Positions 20,001-29,065 of a stretch of DNA of 64,000 nucleotides are shown piece after piece (the stretch's first letter is position 1; each line of letters starts with the position of its first letter). A program made the translations under genes and the position numbers. The stretch is taken from positions 3,929 through 67,928 of the forward strand of contig DATDEX010000286.1 of assembly GCA_036522895.1 (NCBI GenBank), written 5' to 3'. Source of the DNA: Candidatus Eiseniibacteriota bacterium. GTDB taxonomy: Bacteria; Eisenbacteria; RBG-16-71-46. The notes under the pieces are model-generated. The model saw only the letters and a list, made by a program, of their open reading frames with translations. It did not search any database and was not told the origin of the DNA.

Positions 20001-21842
20001 ATGACGATCTGGATCCGTCCACGCGTCGCGCTCGTGTTCACGATGTTCCTGGTCGCCGCGCTCGGCGTGGCGATCCGTCCCGCCGCCGCGCAACTCGTCC
20101 CCGGCCCGGCAGAGGGCTACCTCATCATCACGACGAGCGCGCTCGCGAGCGAGTTCCAACTGTTCGCGGAGTGGAAGCGCCGGCTCGGGCTGCCGACCAC
20201 GGTGAAGACCATCGAGGCGCTCCGGTCGGAGTATCCGGCCGCGGCAGACGACGCCGAGCGCATGCGCCTCTGGATCAGGGACCAGTACACCGGCCCTGGC
20301 GCGCGCTGGGTGCTGCTCGGCGGAACGGCCGCGCTCGTTCCCACGCGTTACGCGACCACACAGTTCTTCGGCGGCGCGCTCATCCCCACCGATCTCTATT
20401 TCAGTTGCCTCGATGGCTCGTGGAACGCGGACGGCGATGCGCTCTGGGGAGAAGGCTACGCGAGCGCGAGCGATCCCGGTGACGATGCCGACCTCCTCCC
20501 CGAGGTCTGGGTCGGCCGCGCGCCGGTGACTAACGCGGCGGAAGTACGTGCGTTCGTCGTGCGCAGCATCCAGGCCTCGCTCGAGCCGGCCCACCCCCGG
20601 CCGCCGCGCGCCTTGCTCGCCGCGGAGGTGCTGTTTCCCCAGGTGTGGTCGCAGGGGGACCCGGTGTCGCTCGACGGGGCGCAGCTCGCCGAGGAGTTGC
20701 TGCCGCGGCTGAACGCCGGCGGGTTCGCGACGCGCCGTCTTTACGAGAACTTCAGCGATCCGCAGTGGACCGCCGGGAGCGAGCCGCTCGGCCGGCAGGC
20801 GTTCCTCGACGCGTTCGACGCGGGCAATGATCTCGTGCTCGTGTTCGACTCCGAGACGCAGACCGAGCTAGGCATGGGCGGATCCGACGTCGTGAGCGTG
20901 TCCGACATCGAGGCACTCACGAACACGCTTCCGCTCTCGCACGTGTACTTGTGGGGCGGCCTGGGGCCGTGCGGGCCCGATTCGCCCATCGGCCCCGCGT
21001 TCTTCCATTCACCGGGTGGCTCGCCCAGCGGCGCGGCCACCGTGGTGGGGCTCACGCAGTTCGCGTTCCCGACTGCATTGCGTGCGTACGCCGACGAGTA
21101 CTTCCGACTGCTCATCGACGACGACGTGAGAGCTTTGGGCGAGACGCTGGGCCGCTCGCGGCTTCCGTTCGTCCAATTCTCGGTGTACGACGGCGTGAAC
21201 CGCTGGACGCAGATGGCGCTCACGATGTTCGGCGACCCGCAGCTGAGCCTGCCGCGGCGCGCCGCGCACGACTTGGCGCTCGCCGCGCCCGCGACCGTCG
21301 ACGTTGGGGTGGGCGGAGTTCCGGTCCACGTCACCGAGGACGGCGTCGCCAAGCCGGGCGTCGTCGTGACCGCGTACCGTGCGGCCGAGGGGATCGCGAC
21401 GGCGACGACCGACGCGCAGGGCGACGCGCTCGTGCCGTTCTCCGCGAGCGCATCGGGAGAGATCTCGCTCACGGCTCGCCAACCCGGCTCGCCCGTCGAA
21501 GTCGACAGCGTCGACGCGGTCACCCCGACCGGGGTGCCGGCGCCCCCCGGCGTCACCCGATTCGCGTTTGCGCTGCCCCGGCCCAATCCCAGCTCGGGAG
21601 ACGTCCTCTTCCGCTGGAGCGTGCCCGCCGACCTGGCGGACGCCCGCTCGAGGCTCGTGCTCCACGATCTCGCCGGGCGCATCGTTCGCACCTGGGACGC
21701 GGGGGCGGGAGCCGCGTCCGCTCGCAGCATGACATGGGACGGCCGCGATGCGATGGGCGGCAGCTCGCCCCCCGGGCTCTACGTCGCGCGGCTCGTCGTG
21801 GGCGATCGAGTGCTCACTCGGCTCGTGGTCCGGACGCGCTGA
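20001..21842 (+). CDS. Secreted C25-family peptidase paralog with T9SS C-terminal domain
   Basis: Signal peptide MTIWIRPRVALVFTMFLVAALGVAIRPAAA. N-terminal region is about 50% identical to the 9622-14205 protein (YLIITTSALASEF...VLLGGTAALVPTRY...DLYFSCLDGSWNADGD...VGRAPV). CTD ending ...LYVARLVVGDRVLTRLVVRTR. Confidence 0.65.
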   Translation: MTIWIRPRVALVFTMFLVAALGVAIRPAAAQLVPGPAEGYLIITTSALASEFQLFAEWKRRLGLPTTVKTIEALRSEYPAAADDAERMRLWIRDQYTGPGARWVLLGGTAALVPTRYATTQFFGGALIPTDLYFSCLDGSWNADGDALWGEGYASASDPGDDADLLPEVWVGRAPVTNAAEVRAFVVRSIQASLEPAHPRPPRALLAAEVLFPQVWSQGDPVSLDGAQLAEELLPRLNAGGFATRRLYENFSDPQWTAGSEPLGRQAFLDAFDAGNDLVLVFDSETQTELGMGGSDVVSVSDIEALTNTLPLSHVYLWGGLGPCGPDSPIGPAFFHSPGGSPSGAATVVGLTQFAFPTALRAYADEYFRLLIDDDVRALGETLGRSRLPFVQFSVYDGVNRWTQMALTMFGDPQLSLPRRAAHDLALAAPATVDVGVGGVPVHVTEDGVAKPGVVVTAYRAAEGIATATTDAQGDALVPFSASASGEISLTARQPGSPVEVDSVDAVTPTGVPAPPGVTRFAFALPRPNPSSGDVLFRWSVPADLADARSRLVLHDLAGRIVRTWDAGAGAASARSMTWDGRDAMGGSSPPGLYVARLVVGDRVLTRLVVRTR

Positions 21843-21933
21843 GCGCGGTCGGCCTGGGCGCGGAGGGCGCGGCACGCATCGGTGACGTGCATCCGCTAGT
21901 CTCGGCAAGTGCCACTGAACTCGCAGGGCAGCG

Positions 21934-22503
21934 TTGGGAACACGCAGGGAGGCAAGCCCCTTGGCTGATGGTCCGTCACCCACCGATACGTTGCCACTCT
22001 CGTCGCACCCCGCGGGCACTCTTCTCCCGTGCGACTCCGAGCTCGTGGGGGTGCTGGTCACGCGCAATGGCCGCCACCTGGTCGCCATCCGCCCGATCGC
22101 CCTGGGCACGCACCTCTTCACGATCGAAGGCCGCGAGATACCGGCACCCACGCGGTATTCGGTGCAAGTGGGGCCCTCGCTCCACCTCGACCAGGACTGC
22201 GCCCGCGATGAGATCGACCTCGTGAGGCGCTACTTCTGGCGGTATCTGGATCATGCCTGCGAGCCCACGACCGTCATCCGGGACCGGCGGGTGATAGCCA
22301 TTCGCGAGATCGCCGAGGGTGACTGCGTGTCGTTCGATTACAACACCACCGAGTACGACATGGCCGAGCCGTTCCAATGCCACTGCGGGAGCGACCAGTG
22401 TGTGGGCCTGGTTCGCGGCGCCCGGCATCTGACGCCCGCGCAGCGTGCCCGGGTGGCGCAGTGGCTGCCGGAGTACCTGCGCTCAAGCCCGCCGGCTACC
22501 TGA
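21934..22503 (+). CDS. SET-domain protein with post-SET-like Cys cluster
   Basis: IAIREIAEGDCVSFDYNTTEY (SET C-terminal motif) followed by CHCGSDQC (post-SET-like). The N-terminal boundary is uncertain. Confidence 0.55.
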   Translation: MGTRREASPLADGPSPTDTLPLSSHPAGTLLPCDSELVGVLVTRNGRHLVAIRPIALGTHLFTIEGREIPAPTRYSVQVGPSLHLDQDCARDEIDLVRRYFWRYLDHACEPTTVIRDRRVIAIREIAEGDCVSFDYNTTEYDMAEPFQCHCGSDQCVGLVRGARHLTPAQRARVAQWLPEYLRSSPPAT

Positions 22504-23167
22504 CGCGCAGGTTCGCGAAATAACCGTCGGTGAACGTGTGGGACCACAGCGCGATCGCGCCGTGGGTGTCGCCCAGCTTGAGATCGTTCACGATCAGCGC
22601 GGGCTGTTCCGCGTGGTTCACGTAAAGACGCGCCCTCGTTCCCGAGACCTCGACCCGGAGGTGCGTCCACGCGCCGGTCTCCATGTCGGCGTAGGCCTCG
22701 TACGTCTCCGGCGACTCGGCCCGCAGGCGGCGAAACGAGAACATCGGGGCCGAGGTGTACTGCACGGAATGGTTTCTCCGCTGCTGGTCGTCGCAGCGCG
22801 AATTGGTCGGACGGATGTAGAGGCACTCGAACGAATCCGGGTGGGATTGAACGTGAAACGCCACGCCGATGAACCCCCGCGCGTTCGGCACCTGGGGGAT
22901 CGGCGCCCCGGCGACATCGAGCTCGATGGTGCCGTCCTTGAAATCGCTGCCGGGGACGATCGCCAGCATCGAGTCGTCATCGGCTTCGTGCCCGAGGCGC
23001 GACTGCAAGTGGACCGCGCGCTGACCCCGGTAGACCACAGTCTCGGCCCGGGCCCCCACGAGCGTGAGATCCCCGATGGGGTCGAGCCGGAGCGTGCGGC
23101 CCCTGTCTTTCGCACCCGCGGGAGCGATCGCGGCGACCAACAACATGACCACGAGCAAGACTCTCAT
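22496..23167 (-). CDS. Secreted DUF1080 / LamG-like (3-keto-disaccharide hydrolase fold) protein
   Basis: Signal peptide MRVLLVVMLLVAAIAPAGA. A jelly-roll pattern ...GFIGVAFHVQS...THLRVEVSGTRARLYVNH...GAIALW fits this family. The ORF extends to 23344; the Met at 23167 is preferred. Confidence 0.55.
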   Translation of the reverse strand: MRVLLVVMLLVAAIAPAGAKDRGRTLRLDPIGDLTLVGARAETVVYRGQRAVHLQSRLGHEADDDSMLAIVPGSDFKDGTIELDVAGAPIPQVPNARGFIGVAFHVQSHPDSFECLYIRPTNSRCDDQQRRNHSVQYTSAPMFSFRRLRAESPETYEAYADMETGAWTHLRVEVSGTRARLYVNHAEQPALIVNDLKLGDTHGAIALWSHTFTDGYFANLRVR

Positions 23168-23398
23168 GCGCGAATCATGGACACGCGACCGGAATCCGGA
23201 TATTCGGTCGGGACGAGCGCGAGCGCGGCCCGCCCAGTGCGAAGTTCTGACTTCCGAGCGCGGGCGGGCGGGGGCACCTTCTCTTCTGCCAGGGGAGGAG
23301 CCCCACGCCAGGCATGCGACAGGGGGCGGCGCAATTCCGCTCACCCATCAGCCCCAGCCTCGCGTAAACTCATGCAGCCCTTTTCGCAGGAGGTCCTC

Positions 23399-25975
23399 AT
23401 GCTGATGCCCTCGCGGCTACGCTTCGTTCTGATCGGCCTGCTTGCGCTCGCGCTCGCTTCCCCTTCTCGTGCGGCACGCTGGGTCGAGCTGTCGCCCGCC
23501 GACACGACGCGGCCGATCTCGCGTGCGGCCCACAGCGTGGTGCTCGATGCGCCTGGGCGCCGGCTCGTCGCCTGGGGCGGTCGCCTCCCCGCCGACGAGG
23601 TGTGGGCGCTTCCACTGGATGGCCCCGCGATCTGGGCGCGGCTGCGGGTGGACGGCCTGCCGCCCGCCGCGCGCTCCATCGCCTCGACCATCTTCGATCC
23701 CGTTCGCCGCCGAATGGTGGTCTTTGGCGGTGGCACGGGAGAGGGCGCGTTCCCGACCTCGAACGAGGTCTGGGCGCTCTCGCTCGATGGGACGCCTCGC
23801 TGGCGGCAGCTCGCCCCGGCCGGGACGCCACCCGACCTGCGCGAGCTGCACTGCGCCATCTACGATCCGGTGCGCGACCGCATGCTCGTGTTCGGTGGCT
23901 TCTCCACGGTGACGCCGCCGTACGGCACGTACGAGAACTCGGTCTGGGAGCTGACGCTCGGCGACCCGCCCACGTGGCGCCACCTCTTGCCCACCGGGGT
24001 GCCGCCCTCGAGCCGCGTCGGCGCCAGCATGGTCTATGACGCGGCCCATGACCGCGCGATCGTGTTCGGCGGTAACAACCCCACCGACCCGGGCGCCATG
24101 ACGTACCACGACGACGTCTTCGAGCTTAGACTCGCCGAGCCGCCGGCCTGGAGGCCGATGACCACCACCGGTACGCCGCCATCACCCCGGTACGAGCAGG
24201 CGATGGCCATGGACGATGCGCGTGGCCGGATGCTCGTGTTCGGCGGCCGTGGCTACAACGTCATCCCGCTGGCCGACACGTGGGCGCTCGACCTGAACGT
24301 CTACCCGCCGGCGTGGCGGCAAGCGGGGCCCGACGCCTCGTTCCCTCGCTACCACTCGGTCGCGATTCTGGATCCCGCGACGGACCGCCTGATCGTGGAC
24401 GGAGGCTTCGTCGGTCAAGGCGGTGGCTACTACGTCGACCAGACGATCGCGCTCTCGCTCACGGGTCAAACCGCGTGGCAGGTGCTGGATCCCGGGATTC
24501 CGCCCTCCGCGCCTGCGCGGCGCGCGTCCCCCGTACCGCTCCTGGACCCGTTCGGGCGCCAGCTCATCGTCGAGGGTGGCTATGACAACAGCACATTCGG
24601 CGCTTACGTCGGGTACGCCCAGTACGATTTCCCGAAGGACATCTGGACCTGGCCCCTGGATTCGCCTTCGCCGCGGTGGACCCGGGTATCTGCGACGCAA
24701 CCGCTGCCGTTCCTCGGCCCGGGGCGCGCCGTGCTCGATCCCGTTCGGCGCCAGCAGGTGCGCTTCTTCCAGGACGCGCTGGCTCCGAACCGCATGTCCA
24801 GCGTGGGGGTGCTGCCGCTGGACGGCTCGGCCGGCTGGACGCCCGTGATCGTGTCGGGCGTCGAGCCGCCCACCCGTCTGGATTTCTCGACCGCCTACGA
24901 TCCCGTTCGCGATCGCATCCTGCTCGCGGGCGGATACACGACCAGCTCGCGTTCCTACACACGAACCCCGCGGCGCGATGTTTGGTCGCTCTCGCTCGCG
25001 GGCACGCCCGCGTGGACGATGCTGCGCGACGACGTCCCCGGCGGGCCGGTGCTGCTGCCGGAGGCGCTGTTCTTCGATCCTGCGGCCGACCAATTCCTGG
25101 GCGTCGGCTATGCTGAGCAGGGCAAGACCGGGACCTGGTCGCTCGCGGCCGATGGTGCTTCGCCCTGGCAGTTCGTGGCGCCGCTCGGGCCGGCGTACGG
25201 GACGGTGAGCTTCGACCCCGCCGTGCGCGAGCTCGTGTCGATCGACCTCGAGGACGGCGACGCGCTGCACCACGTCCTCTCGGACACCGCCGGCTGGGTC
25301 CCTCTAGAGGTGGCTGGCGAGCCGCCACCCGGGCGGTACTACAGCCGCGTCGAGTTCGATCCATTCCATCGCCGCGTGCTCGTCTTCGGAGGGGAGGCGA
25401 GGACGGTGTCCGGGCCGCTCGGGGACCTGTGGGCGCTCGAGCTGGATCGCGCATCGCCGACGGTGAGCGTGCCGGGGCCCGATCTCGTCAGGATCAACTG
25501 GCACACCAATCTCGCGGCCGGTGCGCGGGTGAGCGCGGAGCGCCGCGACGCCGCACAGGATTGGCGCGCGTTGACGCCTCTCGCAATCGACGCGAACGGG
25601 TACGTCCGTCTCGAGGACGCCGACGTCCGGCCCGGCCTTGCGCTCGATTACCGCCTGCGTTTCAACGGTACCGTCCTGCCGGGGAGCGAGCAGCACCTCA
25701 CGGTGGCACCCCGCCCGGCGCTGGCCCTGGCAGGTGCGCGTCCGAATCCTGCCGTCGGCACGGCCTCGCTCGTGTTCACGCTCACCGGGCCATTCCCCGC
25801 GAAGCTCGAGCTGTTCGACGTCTCGGGTCGGAGCGTGGCCTCGCGGGGCGTGGGCGGGATGGGGGCCGGCGAGCACGTGCTCGCGCTCGAGCAGCGGTTA
25901 GCGCCCGGTCTCTACGTCGCCGTGCTGACGCAATCCGGCGAACGCCTGATACGAAGGTTCGTCGTCACGCGATGA
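23399..25975 (+). CDS. Secreted Kelch-repeat beta-propeller protein with T9SS C-terminal domain
   Basis: Signal peptide MPSRLRFVLIGLLALALASPSRA. At least 8 Kelch-like units (RLVAWGGR, RMVVFGGG, RMLVFGGF, RAIVFGGN, RMLVFGGRG...). CTD ending ...LYVAVLTQSGERLIRRFVVTR. The upstream part of the 22445 ORF is a shadow of the opposite-strand gene. Confidence 0.7.
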   Translation: MLMPSRLRFVLIGLLALALASPSRAARWVELSPADTTRPISRAAHSVVLDAPGRRLVAWGGRLPADEVWALPLDGPAIWARLRVDGLPPAARSIASTIFDPVRRRMVVFGGGTGEGAFPTSNEVWALSLDGTPRWRQLAPAGTPPDLRELHCAIYDPVRDRMLVFGGFSTVTPPYGTYENSVWELTLGDPPTWRHLLPTGVPPSSRVGASMVYDAAHDRAIVFGGNNPTDPGAMTYHDDVFELRLAEPPAWRPMTTTGTPPSPRYEQAMAMDDARGRMLVFGGRGYNVIPLADTWALDLNVYPPAWRQAGPDASFPRYHSVAILDPATDRLIVDGGFVGQGGGYYVDQTIALSLTGQTAWQVLDPGIPPSAPARRASPVPLLDPFGRQLIVEGGYDNSTFGAYVGYAQYDFPKDIWTWPLDSPSPRWTRVSATQPLPFLGPGRAVLDPVRRQQVRFFQDALAPNRMSSVGVLPLDGSAGWTPVIVSGVEPPTRLDFSTAYDPVRDRILLAGGYTTSSRSYTRTPRRDVWSLSLAGTPAWTMLRDDVPGGPVLLPEALFFDPAADQFLGVGYAEQGKTGTWSLAADGASPWQFVAPLGPAYGTVSFDPAVRELVSIDLEDGDALHHVLSDTAGWVPLEVAGEPPPGRYYSRVEFDPFHRRVLVFGGEARTVSGPLGDLWALELDRASPTVSVPGPDLVRINWHTNLAAGARVSAERRDAAQDWRALTPLAIDANGYVRLEDADVRPGLALDYRLRFNGTVLPGSEQHLTVAPRPALALAGARPNPAVGTASLVFTLTGPFPAKLELFDVSGRSVASRGVGGMGAGEHVLALEQRLAPGLYVAVLTQSGERLIRRFVVTR

Positions 25976-26041
25976 GAGGGTGGGCGCCACGCCAAGCGTC
26001 GTTCGTCTTGCCTGGTCCGGTGAAGCCGCGCCCTGCTCGCG

Positions 26042-26704
26042 TCACGCAGGCGGGGACTGGTCCCCTCTCGCGTAGAGTTCCACCACCCAGGTCGCGTTGC
26101 CGCTGCGTGCGACGCGTCGCAGGGAGGCGCGCTCGAGCACGGCCGCGATGCGTGCGGGCGGGTGGACGAAGCTCCGGAACGCGTTGCGCGTGATCCGCCG
26201 CCACAGGTTCTCGAGCGCGATCGCCCAGCGCACGTACCAGCGGTCCCGTGGGTAGCTCAGCGCGAGCAGCCGCCGCGTGCAGCCCGCAGCGCGCACGAGC
26301 AGCGACTCGAAATCGGGATAGCAGCACACCACGCGATCGAGCGTGACCACGTCGGCCGGCTCGGGAGGGGTCACGAGCGCGGCGAAGTCCCCGGCGAGAA
26401 GGACGGCGCGCTCCGCCCAGCCGCGCTCCCCGAACTGGCGCCTGGCCACCGCCAGGTAGGCGGGTGAGGCGTCCACCTCGACGACCCCGCCGAACCCCGC
26501 GGCCAGTAGCTCGAGCCCGAGCACGCCGATCCCGCCGCCCACGTCGAGCAGGTGCGCCCCCTCGAGCGGCCGGCGGCGCAACTCCTCGAGGATCAACCGC
26601 GTCGTCGGCTTCGGCCCCTTCTTGCGGTAGCTCCGGAGATCCGATTCCGCCACCTTGGGGCCGAAGAGCTCACCCGTCGCGGCACAGTGGGCGCAGCAGT
26701 CCAC
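26042..26704 (-). CDS. Class I SAM-dependent methyltransferase
   Basis: Motif I LLDVGGGIGVLGLEL and an acidic post-I residue (VVEVDAS). N-terminal Cys cluster MDCCAHCA. Confidence 0.7.
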   Translation of the reverse strand: MDCCAHCAATGELFGPKVAESDLRSYRKKGPKPTTRLILEELRRRPLEGAHLLDVGGGIGVLGLELLAAGFGGVVEVDASPAYLAVARRQFGERGWAERAVLLAGDFAALVTPPEPADVVTLDRVVCCYPDFESLLVRAAGCTRRLLALSYPRDRWYVRWAIALENLWRRITRNAFRSFVHPPARIAAVLERASLRRVARSGNATWVVELYARGDQSPPA

Positions 26705-26788
26705 GTGATCTCCCTCCTTGCTTTACTGCGTGCACGCGAGCGGTCGGTCGAGCGCGATTCCGGCGCGCGACCTGGCGACGGACGATCG

Positions 26789-27304
26789 CTACGATCGGCG
26801 CTGCGCTCGCGCCTCGTCCTCGGCGGTGGGGCCTCGTGTCGTGCGGTCGATCTGCCGGATGGCACCCATGTGGTAGGCGAAGTGCACGACGCTGCCCGCG
26901 AGCCACCCGGCCTCGACGTCGCTCACCTCTCGCGGGGTGCGGAGGACGACCGCCCAGGCGTGCGCTTCGCGACGGAGCTCGTCGAGCAGCTTCCGCCACT
27001 CCGAGTCCGACACGACGTTCTTCCGCCAACTCGCCGTCCAGTCCATGTCCGGCCAGGGCGGCGGCGAGCCGCTCGCCCACCGGTTGAGCAGCGATAGCCC
27101 ATAGCGGAGGTGATCGACGTGCGCCGCGATCGACGAGCCGTCATGCGCGGCGGAGGCCGCAGCGGCAGGCAGCCGCTCGAGCGCCGCGAGCAGCCCTCCG
27201 TCGCCCTGGTTGAGCACGTAGGTGCGCCCGCTCGAGTCCGACGAGCCGTCGGCGAGCTCGCTCCAGAGGGTCAGCAGGAGAGGGGCGAAGGGTCCAGTAT
27301 CCAT
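26789..27304 (-). CDS. DinB/YfiT-like four-helix-bundle protein
   Basis: The conserved His pattern (AAHVDHLRYGL ... VVHFAYHMGAIRQ) fits the DinB_2/DUF664 family. 171 aa. Confidence 0.5.
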   Translation of the reverse strand: MDTGPFAPLLLTLWSELADGSSDSSGRTYVLNQGDGGLLAALERLPAAAASAAHDGSSIAAHVDHLRYGLSLLNRWASGSPPPWPDMDWTASWRKNVVSDSEWRKLLDELRREAHAWAVVLRTPREVSDVEAGWLAGSVVHFAYHMGAIRQIDRTTRGPTAEDEARAQRRS

Positions 27305-27546
27305 GGCAAAGTCAGAGAGCGAAAGGGTGCCGGCGAACTCGACGCGCGAGAACCGCCGAGCGGATTGCGCCCGACCCGCGGCGCGCTCAAGGGAAGTTCA
27401 TCCGCGAATCTAACGTGTCGCCGGCTGGACCCGCAACCGGCCCACGTGCAGGATTGGAGCGAGGATGCGGCCCCACGTGATCCCCACGAGGTCGCGGAAG
27501 CAGGCCGCGGCATGAATGTCCCAGCGCGGAGTCCGGGAGGCCGGGA

Positions 27547-28977
27547 GTGAACGCACCGAATCGGCTCATGGAGACGCTCGAGTCGCTCGAGGGGCGCGCG
27601 CGCGAGCTCGACACCACGCCGCAGGCGCTGTCCGCCTGGCTCGAGCAACTGGCGCGATTCTCGGCGGAGTTCCTGGCAGCGAATGCGGATGGACCCGCGT
27701 TCCACGGCCAGGGCGCGGGACCCCCTCCGCGCACGCCGCTGCCGGCGGCCCCGGAGCCATTCGAAGCGGTGCTCGAGGAGTACCGCCAGTCGGTCATGAC
27801 CCGCAGCCTCGTGGCGACCTCCGGAAGGTTTTTCGGGTATGTGCCCGGGGGCGGGCTGCCGAGTGCCGCGATCGGGGACTTCCTGGCCGCCCTCACGAAC
27901 CCGTACGCGAGCGTCTACGGCGCGTCGCCCGGGGCCGCCCAGATCGAGAACAGTGCGATTCAGTGGCTGATCGAGTTGATCGGATACCCCGCGGGTGCCT
28001 GGGGGACGCTTCAGAGCGGTGGCTCGCTGGCGACGCTGACGGCGGTCGTCGCGGCCCGCGAGGCGCGCCCCGCGGCGGAGCGCGCGCGCGGGGTGGTCTA
28101 CCTCACCGACGAATGCCACATCGCCATCCGCAAGGCGCTCCACATCGCGGGGGTTGGCGAGCTGCCCGTGCGCACACTGCCGGTCGACGGCCAATTGCGA
28201 ATGTCGGTGCCCGACCTGGCGCGTCAGATCGAAGAGGATCGACGCCTCGGCCTCTTGCCATGGATCGTCTTCGCGAGCGCGGGAACGGTGAACACCGGCG
28301 CCGTCGACCCGCTGGACGAGATCGCGGCGGTCGCTGCCCGGAGCGGCCTCTGGTTTCACGTTGACGCGGCCTACGGCGGGTTCTTCATCCTGACCGACCG
28401 CGCGCGTGGGCCGCTCGCGGGCATGGCCCGTGCCGACTCGGTCGTGCTGGACCCGCACAAGGGGCTCTTCCTGCCCTACGGCTGCGGCGCGGTCCTTGTG
28501 CGCGACGGCGAGGCGCTCCGCAAAGGCTTCTCCTTCACGTCCAGCTACCTGAGCGACGTGCACCACGACACGGACTCCTCTCCGGCGGACTACTCGCCCG
28601 AGCTGACCCGACACTTCCGCGGGCTCCGGCTGTGGATGAGCCTCAAGCTCCACGGGATCGAGCGCTTTCGGGCGGCGCTGGAGGAGAAGCTGATCCTGGC
28701 GCAGCTGGCCTACGAGCGACTGGCCGCCATGCCCGGGCTCGAGACGGTCCCCGCACCCCAGCTCTCCTGCGTTGCGTTCCGCGTTCGCGGCCCTGGAGAT
28801 CAGGCCACCGATCGACTGCTCGCCCACCTGCTCCAGCGCGGCCGCGTGCAGTTGAGCTCCACGCGGCTCTGGGGAAGGCTCCATCTGCGGCTCTGCGTCC
28901 TGTGCTTCCGGTCACACCGGAGCGATCTCGAGGAGGCGTTGGCGGAGATCGAGGCCGCGCTGCCGGCGGACGTCTGA
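27547..28977 (+). CDS. Pyridoxal-phosphate-dependent group II decarboxylase (aromatic-L-amino-acid/glutamate decarboxylase family)
   Basis: SGGSLATLTAVVAAREA, HVDAAYGG and the PLP-lysine context DPHKGLFLPYGCG. 476 aa. Confidence 0.8.
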   Translation: MNAPNRLMETLESLEGRARELDTTPQALSAWLEQLARFSAEFLAANADGPAFHGQGAGPPPRTPLPAAPEPFEAVLEEYRQSVMTRSLVATSGRFFGYVPGGGLPSAAIGDFLAALTNPYASVYGASPGAAQIENSAIQWLIELIGYPAGAWGTLQSGGSLATLTAVVAAREARPAAERARGVVYLTDECHIAIRKALHIAGVGELPVRTLPVDGQLRMSVPDLARQIEEDRRLGLLPWIVFASAGTVNTGAVDPLDEIAAVAARSGLWFHVDAAYGGFFILTDRARGPLAGMARADSVVLDPHKGLFLPYGCGAVLVRDGEALRKGFSFTSSYLSDVHHDTDSSPADYSPELTRHFRGLRLWMSLKLHGIERFRAALEEKLILAQLAYERLAAMPGLETVPAPQLSCVAFRVRGPGDQATDRLLAHLLQRGRVQLSSTRLWGRLHLRLCVLCFRSHRSDLEEALAEIEAALPADV

Positions 28978-29065
28978 GGTCCGCCACGGGCAACGCGGGA
29001 AGGGGAGAGGAGTTCGACATGCGGGACCTGCGATCGTTCGCCTGCTTCGCTCGCCGGGCGGCAAG

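Noticed and set aside
27441-27479. Two CCCACGTG boxes considered as a stand-alone regulatory feature
   Set aside because: CACGTG-containing octamers are expected at appreciable frequency in 70% GC DNA. Kept only as a note within the cluster finding.
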